Below, in pieces: positions 37,501-46,543 of a stretch of 64,000 bases of DNA. Positions within the stretch are counted from its first letter, which is position 1. Every line of letters begins with the position of its first letter. Under the pieces are notes generated by a model. The model was given only the letters and a program-made list of their open reading frames with translations. It made no database searches and was not told the DNA's origin. A program made the position numbers and the translations under genes. The DNA lies in IMG/VR virus record IMGVR_UViG_3300014502_000001, positions 1-64,000 of that record, one strand, 5' to 3'. The stretch is from a virus.

Positions 37501-39086
37501 GACTTGGTTTTCACCACAACACATTTGTGGCCTGAATATAAGTCCTCGACATCCACAACCAGACCCGCCGCGTGAACACCTTTAGTCTTAATGTTACCTT
37601 CGATCTTTTTGCAGATCTGGATAACATAGGGATATTTCTTATTAAACTCCTTAGCATTTTCGAACAGTGCCACTGTGTCCTCAACAGAAAAGTCAGCTCG
37701 CGCATCGCCGCCTGACCTGACCAGAATCTGTTTGGCTATTTGATCCACCTCAACCAGCGGCACCGAGAACACTCGTGACACGTCACGCACTACGCCGCGC
37801 CCCTTCATCGTGGAAAAGGTGCTCACAGCCGTCACAGAACGCTCACCATATTTGTCACGCATGTGCTGAATAACACGGTCGCGCTCAGCATCCTCAAAAT
37901 CCAAATCGATATCTGGCAGATCGTGACGCTCTGGGGAAATGAAGCGCTCAAACATCAGCCCATACTCGAGTGGATTCACGTCGGTGATGCCCAGCAAATA
38001 TGCCACCAGACTTCCACCCACAGAGCCGCGTCCAGGACCCACCATACAGCCATTGTGTTTAGCCCACAGAACCATTTCCTGAACAAGCAGAAAATATTCC
38101 GCAAAGCCTAGCTTGATGATCTCTCCCAATTCATATTCACAGCGCTCTACCACTTCCTCTGTACCCAGGGACTCAACATTCTCTATGACGTTGAAACACT
38201 GCTCACGCAAATATGCGCCAGGATCTTCACGCGCTTCCTCATAGGCTAGCGGCACACTGACCTTGCCCGCCTTAAATTCCCATGTGCACTTAGCCGCCAC
38301 CTCATCCCAGATCTCTGCCATCATCAGCTCTGAGTTCTTGAACCCAAGCTCCTGCGCACAGACCACCATTTCCTCATATGTTTTAAGATGCAGATCAGCC
38401 ATATCTGCGGGCGCGGGCTCGTTAGGTAGCATCTTCTGGTTGAAGCTCAAGCGCCTTATGACCTCACGCGCTTGCCAGTCCTCTGGCTTTATATAATGGA
38501 CATCACCAGTGAATATGATCTTACCACCCATCAGCTCCTGCATATCTCTGAGCAGTTGACTATACTCCCTCTGGGGAAGATAGTTCTTGAGCATTGGAGC
38601 TTCCCAATAAAAGTCGTCACCAAATTTATCCATGATCTGCGGAACCAGGTCACCCATATTTGGATGAGCCAGCACACCCTCTGTGCAAGCCGTCAAATAT
38701 ACACAGTCCTGTATCTCGCTCAAGAGATATTTCCAGTCAATACGCGGACGGATATAAAAGCCTTCTGTATTGGCCTTTGTTAAGGCACGCATGATGGAGC
38801 TAAAGCCGTTGCTATTTTTGGCCAGCAGCACAGCATGCCAGCGCCGCTTATCGCTGCGGTCAGCCAAATCATCAACGACATAAAACTCGCAACCCAAAAT
38901 GGGATTTGCGCCTGCCTTTTTAACGGTCTGATAAAACTGAATAGCTCCATCCACCGTTCCATGATCAGTTAAGGCTATGTCCTTAATGCCATATCCCTTG
39001 ATCACAGCATCAAGCTGATCAATGCGAATGATGGAATCTTGAATCGAGAACTCTGAATGGAAATGGAAAGCGCTAACAGGCTTCAT
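34539..39086 (-). CDS. dnaE: DNA polymerase III alpha with intein and C-terminal family-4 uracil-DNA glycosylase
   Basis: PHP HFHSEFS/TDHG, GRGS, PDIDLDF, HAAG, KIDALGL, YGFNKSH; UDG GEAPG..ED..G.PFVG.AG, TNVLKC, HPS. Confidence 0.95.
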   Translation of the reverse strand: MKPVSAFHFHSEFSIQDSIIRIDQLDAVIKGYGIKDIALTDHGTVDGAIQFYQTVKKAGANPILGCEFYVVDDLADRSDKRRWHAVLLAKNSNGFSSIMRALTKANTEGFYIRPRIDWKYLLSEIQDCVYLTACTEGVLAHPNMGDLVPQIMDKFGDDFYWEAPMLKNYLPQREYSQLLRDMQELMGGKIIFTGDVHYIKPEDWQAREVIRRLSFNQKMLPNEPAPADMADLHLKTYEEMVVCAQELGFKNSELMMAEIWDEVAAKCTWEFKAGKVSVPLAYEEAREDPGAYLREQCFNVIENVESLGTEEVVERCEYELGEIIKLGFAEYFLLVQEMVLWAKHNGCMVGPGRGSVGGSLVAYLLGITDVNPLEYGLMFERFISPERHDLPDIDLDFEDAERDRVIQHMRDKYGERSVTAVSTFSTMKGRGVVRDVSRVFSVPLVEVDQIAKQILVRSGGDARADFSVEDTVALFENAKEFNKKYPYVIQICKKIEGNIKTKGVHAAGLVVDVEDLYSGHKCVVVKTKSGDLAVNWDKHDIEFAGVMKIDALGLKTLNILRLAKEEIKRRHNVVADYSTLPLDDPKVLEAFTKADTAGIFQFGSAGMIQYIRNFKPKNFNELVQVNSLFRPGTLRSGMASKFILYKDGVEKPTYINAQMKELLGETYGIVLYQEQMMRILNKLSGIPWRTVDVIRKVVSKSEGQDKFETFRKDWLAGVQKLGTMSVADAQKVFTLMKFFGCLTGDTKIYRCASNQHKDSEMTIEEAYKYQDNYNFKRRGLKILSMHDDGFVRYNTIKRVWKTGMKPVYLIRTAGNKTVRASAEHHFMVGGEWKTVSEISVGDRIRVSDLKLPKKLHGEGYGSGSFGQTCPRFRKGEGPTNEEKARREHLVDQYGGRCQVCGSGSFPEMHHINGDTTDNSEDNTMLLCRKHHRAYTDSALFRRYRVGYFTQDEEIVEKKFIGERETYDMEMEEEPANFIANNFVSHNSYGFNKSHSVEYTMLGYWTMWLKVYYPTEFFHATLVRASDDDIVPLLSDAQRHGMKIKSPDINCSGYSWTIEDTGVLRGGFDIIKGISTNSALELVKAREAHGGKFEDIFDFAANIPRRLINIGKIRVLLRSKALDSIISEEDRKKLVLHLETKKKFPTSEKQYKDIDASAYVETDVLAYEMPEEYLTQNKALVELLSRHFRVKKLSYLSGRENEAIPEYSYHIGKYDEIKFGFRQKVEQSHGTGSDVDVKGYASDLGGCYGIFRDDTSLTYSTVTGKLYHSELKGEIEEIASRMIIMRANKPAKTSNIFMDRFQFMDYIKKGDLGMLDYRGIVPYVDTRREAINLAADIQKCELCPAYKICKRPTPFSAGIFQTMIIGEAPGADEDASGLPFVGKAGRTLWGSLDKHGLSRDLFWVTNVLKCRPKDNKIVDLRVPAFCSAQWLRKEIAVQKPRLILSLGKTALHWVTGDNKASIMDRNGTAEWSESLGAWLVYCIHPSMVSYDASHRAELDAAVKVFSDMFLRIIPVE
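36129..36866 (-). mobile_element. Intein (246 aa) with HNH endonuclease
   Basis: FFG|CLTGDT ... NFIANNFVSHN|SYGFNKSH; block B ASAEHHF; CQVC...HHINGDTTDN..DN...LCRKHH. Confidence 0.92.
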
Positions 39087-39089
39087 GCA

Positions 39090-40008
39090 TCACCATACCA
39101 ATTCAAATTTGATGGGCTCTTCTCTCTTCACGTTTATTTTAGTGATTGACTCAATAGCAGCACAGGCCTGCCACCAAAGCGCCGTATCACTAATGGGAAT
39201 CTTAGCGATCCAGAGATCATCATAGTCAGGATCTCTTTCCACGACAATCCTGCCAAATGTCCGACGAGTCTGCCAATAGGCTAGTCGCACAGTGACGATG
39301 CCGTCTCCCACATTTTCAATAAACGCCCTTATCCCTGGCAAGCGCTTAAATTCTGGAGTGGTATCATCGCGCCACTCAGCAGATTGTCGCACCTCTCTAT
39401 TCACCAGCCTATTCACTGCCGCTTCTATTTCCATAGGTCAGAATCTCAACAGAGCTTCAATGGGCCATTCCGGCTTGACGTCGAAATTGCCGTGCTCTTC
39501 AAGCACACATCTGCATGCGTGCCAGAAATTTTCGTCCTCATTTCGAAATACTCTGAGCACCCAAACATTTCTCGCCTTGCAGTCTTTCTCAAGGAAAGCC
39601 ATAGCGACGCCCAGCAGAGAACCATTCAGGCGCTTTAGTGTCACAGGAACGTGATTTGGCGCTTTCTCTTCTGGACAATAAAAACCCAGCATTCCTGGCA
39701 TCAGCTTGTAACGCTCAGGCAGCTGTTTCCACCACGCAGAGTTCTCCTTTTCTTCTCCGATCCGCTTGAAGAGTTTCACTTCTTTCATGATCATAATCAT
39801 TTCTCCTTTACAGATATCTTCCGTTTTCCCAAAGCACAGCTCCTGTCGTGGAGCTAACAACTCTCACCTTTTTGACTCTTGCACCGTCCCCAGAATCACG
39901 AATAGATATTGCAGCTTCTACTGCAGACTCTAGCGTATCTGTGACCTTAAAGTGAGCCCAGTTGAATTCTCTATTCCAGACTAATTCCACACAGAACTGA
40001 TCTCTCAT
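39090..40008 (-). other. Three hypothetical ORFs (39090-39434, 39438-39860, 39808-40008)
   Basis: Co-oriented, tightly packed. Confidence 0.55.
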
Positions 40009-40010
40009 GA

Positions 40011-40748
40011 TCAGCTCTTCACGAAATCTTTGATGCTCTGGACATATTTGCCTTCCACCGTTTCCAGCTTAGGCTTAAAGCCGCAGCCCTCGGCGTGAGG
40101 ACAAAAGCCGATATGCTCGCACGGCTTTTTGAACATGGGCCTGAATACGTCACCCATTTTCAGGCACACTTCCTCAATCATCAGAGCACTGACTTCTCGA
40201 ATTTCTCCCTGAGCCATCAGACAAAGGCGCGAGGATAAAAATGTCGAGAGATTGCGGAAGTTGATTGCCATCGTAATGGGTGAATGGATATTCAGCGGTA
40301 AAAGGCCGCGTGCCACTTGCACCTTTTCACCACGCTGAATAAGATGATTGTAGATGTCTTCGACCTTGAGCATGGATTGCTCATAGGCCATAGGATCTAT
40401 AACGTCGGGAGGCGTATGGTAGTCACCCGCCGTAGCAAAGCCTTCCTTGCTCACCACGCGCAAACTCTGGATGGAATATGCGGCGGTGCGGTGACGCGTG
40501 AGCTGCTGCTGAAAGGCACGACTCACATTTCTGAACAGCCAGTTGGTCAGGATGAATTCCTGCACGCCGCCCGTCAGCGGCTCGGCAGCCATGTACTCGA
40601 CAAAATCATTTTCCAGCTGCCGACTGACATGGCCCATAAACAGCGGATCATCAGAAACTTGACCGTGCATGTTCTTAAAAGCGAACAGCATTGTCCTCAA
40701 AGGCTCCGGCGTAAAATTGAAAAGAATGACCTGTGCGGTCTTACTCAT
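40011..40748 (-). CDS. thyX: Flavin-dependent thymidylate synthase
   Basis: SRAFQQQLTRHRTAAYSIQSLR, ARGLLP, NFRNL, R.C..AQGEIR. Confidence 0.88.
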   Translation of the reverse strand: MSKTAQVILFNFTPEPLRTMLFAFKNMHGQVSDDPLFMGHVSRQLENDFVEYMAAEPLTGGVQEFILTNWLFRNVSRAFQQQLTRHRTAAYSIQSLRVVSKEGFATAGDYHTPPDVIDPMAYEQSMLKVEDIYNHLIQRGEKVQVARGLLPLNIHSPITMAINFRNLSTFLSSRLCLMAQGEIREVSALMIEEVCLKMGDVFRPMFKKPCEHIGFCPHAEGCGFKPKLETVEGKYVQSIKDFVKS

Positions 40749-40767
40749 GGTGTTCTCCTATGGTCAT

Positions 40768-40796
40768 ATTATAGCCCAAACGAAAGACAAAGTAAA
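40768..40796 (-). promoter_or_regulatory. sigma70-like promoter TTTACT-N17-TATAAT
   Basis: Upstream of the thyX SD (AGGAG). Confidence 0.6.
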
Positions 40797-40807
40797 TGGG
40801 AAACATC

Positions 40808-41752
40808 CTATCGTTCCCACGACAATTTGACGGCTGCAGTATAAGGTTTTCCCCTTGAAGCCAGTCGCAATATCTTGTCGTCGCCAGGCAGCGGCTTGCG
40901 CGTCCGCTGAACAAGACCTATGCGCGGCTGCTTAGCGTCACAGCCTTTACAGACAGATATGTCACGCTGGCCCCAATAGAGCTTGCGCCGCGCCGCCGCG
41001 AATATGGGTGAGTCCCAGATCTTTTGTACGCCCTCTTTGGCCACGTTGCCTATTTTTAGCACACCTCTGAAATCATTGCAACAAATGGCCACATTTCCGT
41101 CCCAGCGTATAGACAGCTCTCTGAAAGGAAGCACACACCGCTTGCCAGCCATTTTTTCATTGGGTGGAGCTCCGCAGCCGCAATGGTTGGACAGATATGA
41201 ATGGGTGCCGCGCTTAGCCTTAGTGATATCGTCGATGATGACAAGAGTGTGATCATTCGGCCTGCGCCGCTTATGAGGATTAGCTATTTTTTCATCAGGA
41301 TATAAACGCACATCAATAGCTGTCTCGCCAGCCAGAACCTGATCCAGGACATCAGCCACAGTCGTGCTGCCGGCATGACGATAGTCGCTCATGCCAATCG
41401 TGTTCAGGCCTGCTTGGAATATAGCGTTGATCTGCGCAGCGGCGTCCTTCACAAAGCCGTGACCGTTGGTCAGCATGAGCATGCTGGCCTTGGGCAACGC
41501 CGCCCTGAATATGGAGACGATCTCGTCCTTGTCAGGATTCAGGCTAGGCTCGCCGTGCATATTAAATTCAATCCTGCTATTCCAGCCCGCCGCCGCTATG
41601 CTCTCAGCAATTTTCTGGGCAGTGGCTGGAGTCATATATTTGAAATCAGGACGCGTGCCTCTGATTCCATTTATGCCACAGTAGCTACACCGCCGCGAGC
41701 AGCCCTCTGTCAGCTCAACCTGGATGCTCCAAGGCGCTTTACTAGCCTTCAT
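40808..41752 (-). CDS. Radical SAM protein with SPASM/twitch domain
   Basis: CSRRCSYC, HGEP, TNG, C..PF.ELSIRWDGNVAICCND, C..C. Confidence 0.9.
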   Translation of the reverse strand: MKASKAPWSIQVELTEGCSRRCSYCGINGIRGTRPDFKYMTPATAQKIAESIAAAGWNSRIEFNMHGEPSLNPDKDEIVSIFRAALPKASMLMLTNGHGFVKDAAAQINAIFQAGLNTIGMSDYRHAGSTTVADVLDQVLAGETAIDVRLYPDEKIANPHKRRRPNDHTLVIIDDITKAKRGTHSYLSNHCGCGAPPNEKMAGKRCVLPFRELSIRWDGNVAICCNDFRGVLKIGNVAKEGVQKIWDSPIFAAARRKLYWGQRDISVCKGCDAKQPRIGLVQRTRKPLPGDDKILRLASRGKPYTAAVKLSWER

Positions 41753-42090
41753 GCGAGAGCCTTTTTTTTGAGCTCCTGCTGCTCGTAAAGCTTGGCAACG
41801 ACTCTGGCTGCAGCACCCTGGCCCAGATCCCGATCATATCCCCACTCCTCAAACTGATCAGGATTTTCGAGATTGACTTTCATGACTCGTCCGTACAGAT
41901 AATCGAATTTTTTGCTTGGCCCCATGCCAGGATAATCAGGCAGAGTTTGTTTCCCTTCCAGCAGCTCAGCGGCCTGTTCCCTGGTCATATCCCCAGGACG
42001 AGCCTGCAGAAAGCCCATCCCCTGGACATGCGATGCGTTATACAGTGCGGCCAGAACATCAGCGGGCAGAAGTCCTTTTGTCGAAATCAT
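41749..42090 (-). CDS. Hypothetical protein
   Basis: Start moved to ATG 42090 (SD GGAG); FDYLYGRVMKV, YDRDLG.GAA. Confidence 0.6.
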   Translation of the reverse strand: MISTKGLLPADVLAALYNASHVQGMGFLQARPGDMTREQAAELLEGKQTLPDYPGMGPSKKFDYLYGRVMKVNLENPDQFEEWGYDRDLGQGAAARVVAKLYEQQELKKKALA

Positions 42091-43064
42091 GATTGGTTCT
42101 CCTTGGATTTTTGCTGTTCCATTTTCTTCAGCCAGGTAGGAACATATATGACCTTTTTTGTGGCCAGGTCGATCATAGGTCGCTGGCTCATTGTGGCCCA
42201 GCGATCCGACTTCATGCGCATTTCCTGCATGTAGTTGCAAACGTCTTTTGCAAAATTGCCCGTCTCTTTGTGAAAGGTATTCCACATCAGATCCAGCCAC
42301 CGCGTGCCACCCGCGAAATATGGCGACCGCCCTAGCTGCTCAATTTCACAATGGCGCGTAAAAGCGCAGCGGCTGTTTGTGTACCACTTAGGCGAGAAAA
42401 ATGCATTGACGTCGATATCACGCATGCCAAAGCCTAGACCAGGATTATACCAGTGATAGGCGCAGCCCGCGTAAAGAACATATCCTCGCACGTTGGCAAT
42501 TTTCTTAGGATTCTTTTTGTGCAGGAACTCTTCCATCATAGATATGGCTTTCTTCCGAATGCGCGTCAGATTCTTTTTGTCCTGATGCCAGTCGTAATTG
42601 CGATACGTGCTGAGTGTTTCAGCATCATATATTTTCTCTTCCAGCTGTGGATTGCCCAGCTTCACGATAAACTCTTTCAGCTTAACTGGATTACCGGCAG
42701 GGTGTTTGCCATATCTGACAATGGTGGGGAATCCAGGCTTGACCGGGATGTTGGGATATTTCACCACATAGTCCACGTCATATAGCAGCGCTAGCTGGCG
42801 CATCTGATCCACCATTTCATAGCCCTTACGCGGGTGGATATAGTACCACAGAAAAACAAACTTGCGTGCCATGCTAGTCAGCAGATCGAACATGGGCTTG
42901 CCATGCTCGTCCTGCGCATAAACGTGATCCTCGCCATCAATGTCGTTGACGACATAAACCTTAGACTCTGGGAAATGATCCTGAAATTTGACCGCCATCG
43001 CGATCGTCACATCCAGAATCTTTTCCTCGTCCTCATCAGGATTAACCACAATCACATCATTCAT
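42087..43064 (-). CDS. Protein with C-terminal Pol-beta-like nucleotidyltransferase domain
   Basis: LYAGCAYH...GMRDIDV and a third Asp in RWLDL. Confidence 0.55.
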   Translation of the reverse strand: MNDVIVVNPDEDEEKILDVTIAMAVKFQDHFPESKVYVVNDIDGEDHVYAQDEHGKPMFDLLTSMARKFVFLWYYIHPRKGYEMVDQMRQLALLYDVDYVVKYPNIPVKPGFPTIVRYGKHPAGNPVKLKEFIVKLGNPQLEEKIYDAETLSTYRNYDWHQDKKNLTRIRKKAISMMEEFLHKKNPKKIANVRGYVLYAGCAYHWYNPGLGFGMRDIDVNAFFSPKWYTNSRCAFTRHCEIEQLGRSPYFAGGTRWLDLMWNTFHKETGNFAKDVCNYMQEMRMKSDRWATMSQRPMIDLATKKVIYVPTWLKKMEQQKSKENQS

Positions 43065-44290
43065 TTGTACTTCTCCACGACCTTAGCAGATTTTTCCCAA
43101 TACATTTTTTCAAAGTCCGCTGTATCAAAACCAAACAGCAGATATATTGAAAGTAGGAACTTGAAGATATCCGTCAGCTCCTCAAGGATCCTTTCCCTGT
43201 CCAGCTTTACCGCACCAGGCTTGCTGCCGAACTTCCAGTTGATGGTGTCCAGGAAGTCATTGCTCTCGCTGAATAGATGGAGAACGTAGTTTTTAGCCGC
43301 CCGTTGGACGGCCTCTAAATCTGGCGCATAGCTAACAAACTTCCTGTTGAACGCTTTCTGATCGCTGAATATGCTCTCCATAAAAAATTTATTGGAGCTG
43401 CGCTGAATAACTGCCTTCATCGTGATGTCAGGATTCCACTCGCCATAGCGCCCGAGGAACATCACGTTGGGTGGAGCTATGTTTTCATGGCTGCGCAGAA
43501 TCCGAGCTCCAGGCATAATAATGGAATCCTGAAAAGGCAAAGAACCTTCAATGGCGATGACGTCTCCTTGTAGCACCTTGGAACGCCGCACTCGATCAAA
43601 GCCAAATTTCTCCTCAGGGAAATATACCATGGACTCTTCGGGCAGCTCCGGATAGCCACATCCTAGCCACTGGTCATCTGACATCGTGCCCGTATAAAGT
43701 GGAAACGACATCAGCACCTTATGCTCGGCGTGTGGGCCTTCATAAATCTTCCAGAATACATTCGCAGGAATCGTACTCACCAGATGGCTGTATTCCAGCG
43801 CCTTATCATTATCCAGAACAATCTGCTTTTCAGATATGGAGACAACCTTTCTGTTAATCACTCTTTTCTCAGCCAGCCTATAGTGAAGCAAATCCAGCAG
43901 TGTTTTGGCACTAAGATGATATGTGTGCATAAGGCCGCGATCACCGCTCACGTATGGGCCGGCAAGGATGTCCTCAGCAGGGAATAAAGACGGTGGCCGC
44001 TCATGGCCGCTGAGCTTTTTCTTCATCAGGTCACGCTTTACATCATCAGGTGGTTCACCCTGATTATATTTTCCGTCCTTGAAATATCCGATGGTGATGT
44101 CCAACTGCGACGAGCTTATATCCAGGTCAGCCAGGAACTCGTCGCACGCCTTACACTTAGGCAGGATAAGGCTGTGTTGAAAGCTAGCCACGTCCGACTG
44201 CGCGCCCGCCGCTGGAGCAATTCTGGTGTACTCTGGATTGTAAAACTGAAAAATTTTAGCACTCAACCCATTACCAAGTATAATCTTCAT
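43061..44290 (-). CDS. FAD-dependent oxidoreductase-like domain fused to an all-alpha dUTPase/dCTPase
   Basis: IILGNGLS Rossmann start, LVSTIP, FLGRYGEW; C-terminal Q..FN, E....L..INWK, LEELTD.FKF. Confidence 0.7.
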   Translation of the reverse strand: MKIILGNGLSAKIFQFYNPEYTRIAPAAGAQSDVASFQHSLILPKCKACDEFLADLDISSSQLDITIGYFKDGKYNQGEPPDDVKRDLMKKKLSGHERPPSLFPAEDILAGPYVSGDRGLMHTYHLSAKTLLDLLHYRLAEKRVINRKVVSISEKQIVLDNDKALEYSHLVSTIPANVFWKIYEGPHAEHKVLMSFPLYTGTMSDDQWLGCGYPELPEESMVYFPEEKFGFDRVRRSKVLQGDVIAIEGSLPFQDSIIMPGARILRSHENIAPPNVMFLGRYGEWNPDITMKAVIQRSSNKFFMESIFSDQKAFNRKFVSYAPDLEAVQRAAKNYVLHLFSESNDFLDTINWKFGSKPGAVKLDRERILEELTDIFKFLLSIYLLFGFDTADFEKMYWEKSAKVVEKYK

Positions 44291-44835
44291 CACACTTCTC
44301 CTTGCAAAAGAATCGCTGGAGAAAAATACTCTCCGACTATAATCCATCTGAAATATTCCTTCCAGCGTTTTCTATTTGAATTAACTTTAATATTACAACC
44401 AGTACAAAGCTCTATCAAATTATTAGACCAATTATGCTTTTTATTGTAATCAATATGATGAACAGGATGTCTTCTTTTTCCCTCTTTAGTGTTACAAAGC
44501 TGACATATATGACCGTCACGATCACGAATTTGCTCTCGCAATTCAGGCGTCCATCTTGTACCATATTTTTCAGAGCTCTTGCCGCCCAGCCAGCTAGGAT
44601 GATTCACAGGATCTACAAAACGTCGTATCTGAGCTAAACTCTGTTTTGCAATTGTTTCTTCACTATGCTGCTTACCGAGATTACCGTGTGCATTCACATT
44701 ACCAAGTTTTGCAAGACTCATCTTTGCTCGTGTATTCTTGCTGTGTTTTCTGCCATAGAAAGGATTATTTGCACCAGCAGTAATCAGACTTATTTTAATC
44801 TTGGCCTCTTTGCTGTGGTGACTTCCCTTTCTCAC
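44290..44835 (-). CDS. NUMOD3-HNH homing endonuclease (paralogue of 3274-3984)
   Basis: MRKGSHHS; NNPFYGRKHS; QIRDRDGHICQLC...HPVHHIDYNKKHNW. Confidence 0.85.
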   Translation of the reverse strand: MRKGSHHSKEAKIKISLITAGANNPFYGRKHSKNTRAKMSLAKLGNVNAHGNLGKQHSEETIAKQSLAQIRRFVDPVNHPSWLGGKSSEKYGTRWTPELREQIRDRDGHICQLCNTKEGKRRHPVHHIDYNKKHNWSNNLIELCTGCNIKVNSNRKRWKEYFRWIIVGEYFSPAILLQGEV

Positions 44836-45173
44836 AGCTTCTCCTTTTCTATTTGCGCATCGATGTCCAGCGCATAATATAGAACCGCAAAATTGATGAT
44901 ATCAATAACTGAGTCGCGCACATCAGCACCGACATCACGCTTGCAATTACTCAGAGATATAAGGCGACTCGTCTTTTTGATGATCTCGTAAAGCGCCCTA
45001 TGCGCTGGAATATCCATGTTCAGCTTCAGCAGCTTGCATATTTCAGCGTCACGCTTGAACGAGTCCAAGAAATCGGAGTTGATGGCATTATAGCGCCCGC
45101 CTTTATCCACCAGCATATCTGCGCAGTTTTTGAGCAGCCCGTCAGCGATGGGTTTGAATTCCTGATACTTCAT
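44832..45173 (-). CDS. Nucleotide-modification-associated (Nmad1/DUF1599-like) helical protein
   Basis: L..KG..Y......F...K..RL...DSVID.INFA. Confidence 0.6.
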   Translation of the reverse strand: MKYQEFKPIADGLLKNCADMLVDKGGRYNAINSDFLDSFKRDAEICKLLKLNMDIPAHRALYEIIKKTSRLISLSNCKRDVGADVRDSVIDIINFAVLYYALDIDAQIEKEKL

Positions 45174-46543
45174 TATTTCACCTCTGGATCTGGAGTGGCT
45201 TCAACATCTGCGGCGATTGCGTCCTCGTCAGAAACGCGCTCGCCGATGATATGGCACAATTCCCTTTCAATGATAACATGCGCAGTACGACGATCCTTAG
45301 CCTTGCGCCCACCGGCCAAGAATATTCTTAGCTTTTTTACCTTGGCCTCTTCGATATCCTGATTCAACGTCAGGATCATATCTGCGTCACGCATCGGCTC
45401 AAGGGAATCCGCTGAATCATCCAGATCAACAGTGTGCTTTTTCTTTGCACCACGAGTAGCTTGATGGAGCAGCCAGACGGGAACGTGATAGCGCTGAGCC
45501 AAGGAGATCAGCTCTTTGCATATTTGACCAAGCACTTCATAGCGCTCTCCTGGTCGCGACACCCATCTTCCATTAGTGATCATCAGCGTCAGATAATCAA
45601 CAATGACCAAAGCTGGAATAAACTTTTCCCTTGCCCGCATGCGAGCTAAGTGGTTTTCAATCGCCAGCGTGTTACACGTCAGCGCTGGGAAATGCTTAAT
45701 GACCAAGCGCCCGTTAGCCGCGTCGGCACGATGGGCCTCAACTCTTTCGCGCACTTCATCCTCGTGCGCCCTAAGCTGGTCTCTGGGGATACCAGATATG
45801 AGACAATCATAATTGTCGGTGATGTCGGTTGGTGTGCCTTCCATAATATAGTGGGCTACATTTTTCTGATTCCATACGGCGTTGGCACCCAGGTTCACCG
45901 ACAATGTGGTCTTACCTTTTTTAGCAAAGCCAAGGATAACGCCCAATTCACCTGGAGCTAGCCCGCCGCCTAATATGTAATCCAAATGCTGAATGCCTGT
46001 GCTGATAGCCAACTGGGCACGCGTGATGCCGCTGCGCCTGTCCTCTAGGCGCTTTTCCAAGTCCTCATAATATAGCGTCCCAAGGTCTTTACTGTTTTCT
46101 CCGATGGCCAGGGCCACGCGTACCTTTTCCAGGATATCGTTGTAATTCTTTTTCTTGCGAATGATGTCAGCGCTTTCAGCCATAGCCGCTTTGATGCCCT
46201 GATACCGCGCAAATTCTACCGCCTTATCTTTAACATATGAAAAGTCCGCAGAGTCCACCATGCTGGTCACTTCCTGATAGACGGTCAGGTACTCGTCCAC
46301 AGGGAGCTTTTTCTTACTCTCCAGAAATGTTTCAAACTCCGTCGTCAGCTCATCCAAGTCTGGCAAGCGATTATATTTACCATGGAAGGCATAGACGATC
46401 ACCATGATGTCAGACACCGCTGGGTTGTCAAACATTTCTGGAGTTATAGACTCCGCCGTATCAAGAAATTCCTCATCAGTGGAAAGGATCCACGCCGCTA
46501 TTTTTTTCTGGATAGGATCTGAAAAAGGAAACTGTTCAGACAT
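45173..46543 (-). CDS. DnaB/gp41-like replicative helicase
   Basis: STGI..LD..LGGGL..GEL, GFAKKGKT, IVDY, HQATR. Confidence 0.88.
   Translation of the reverse strand: MSEQFPFSDPIQKKIAAWILSTDEEFLDTAESITPEMFDNPAVSDIMVIVYAFHGKYNRLPDLDELTTEFETFLESKKKLPVDEYLTVYQEVTSMVDSADFSYVKDKAVEFARYQGIKAAMAESADIIRKKKNYNDILEKVRVALAIGENSKDLGTLYYEDLEKRLEDRRSGITRAQLAISTGIQHLDYILGGGLAPGELGVILGFAKKGKTTLSVNLGANAVWNQKNVAHYIMEGTPTDITDNYDCLISGIPRDQLRAHEDEVRERVEAHRADAANGRLVIKHFPALTCNTLAIENHLARMRAREKFIPALVIVDYLTLMITNGRWVSRPGERYEVLGQICKELISLAQRYHVPVWLLHQATRGAKKKHTVDLDDSADSLEPMRDADMILTLNQDIEEAKVKKLRIFLAGGRKAKDRRTAHVIIERELCHIIGERVSDEDAIAADVEATPDPEVK

Noticed and set aside
34539-44290. Uracil-substituted genome
   Set aside because: An intact UDG, a dUTPase-like domain and ThyX all act to exclude uracil
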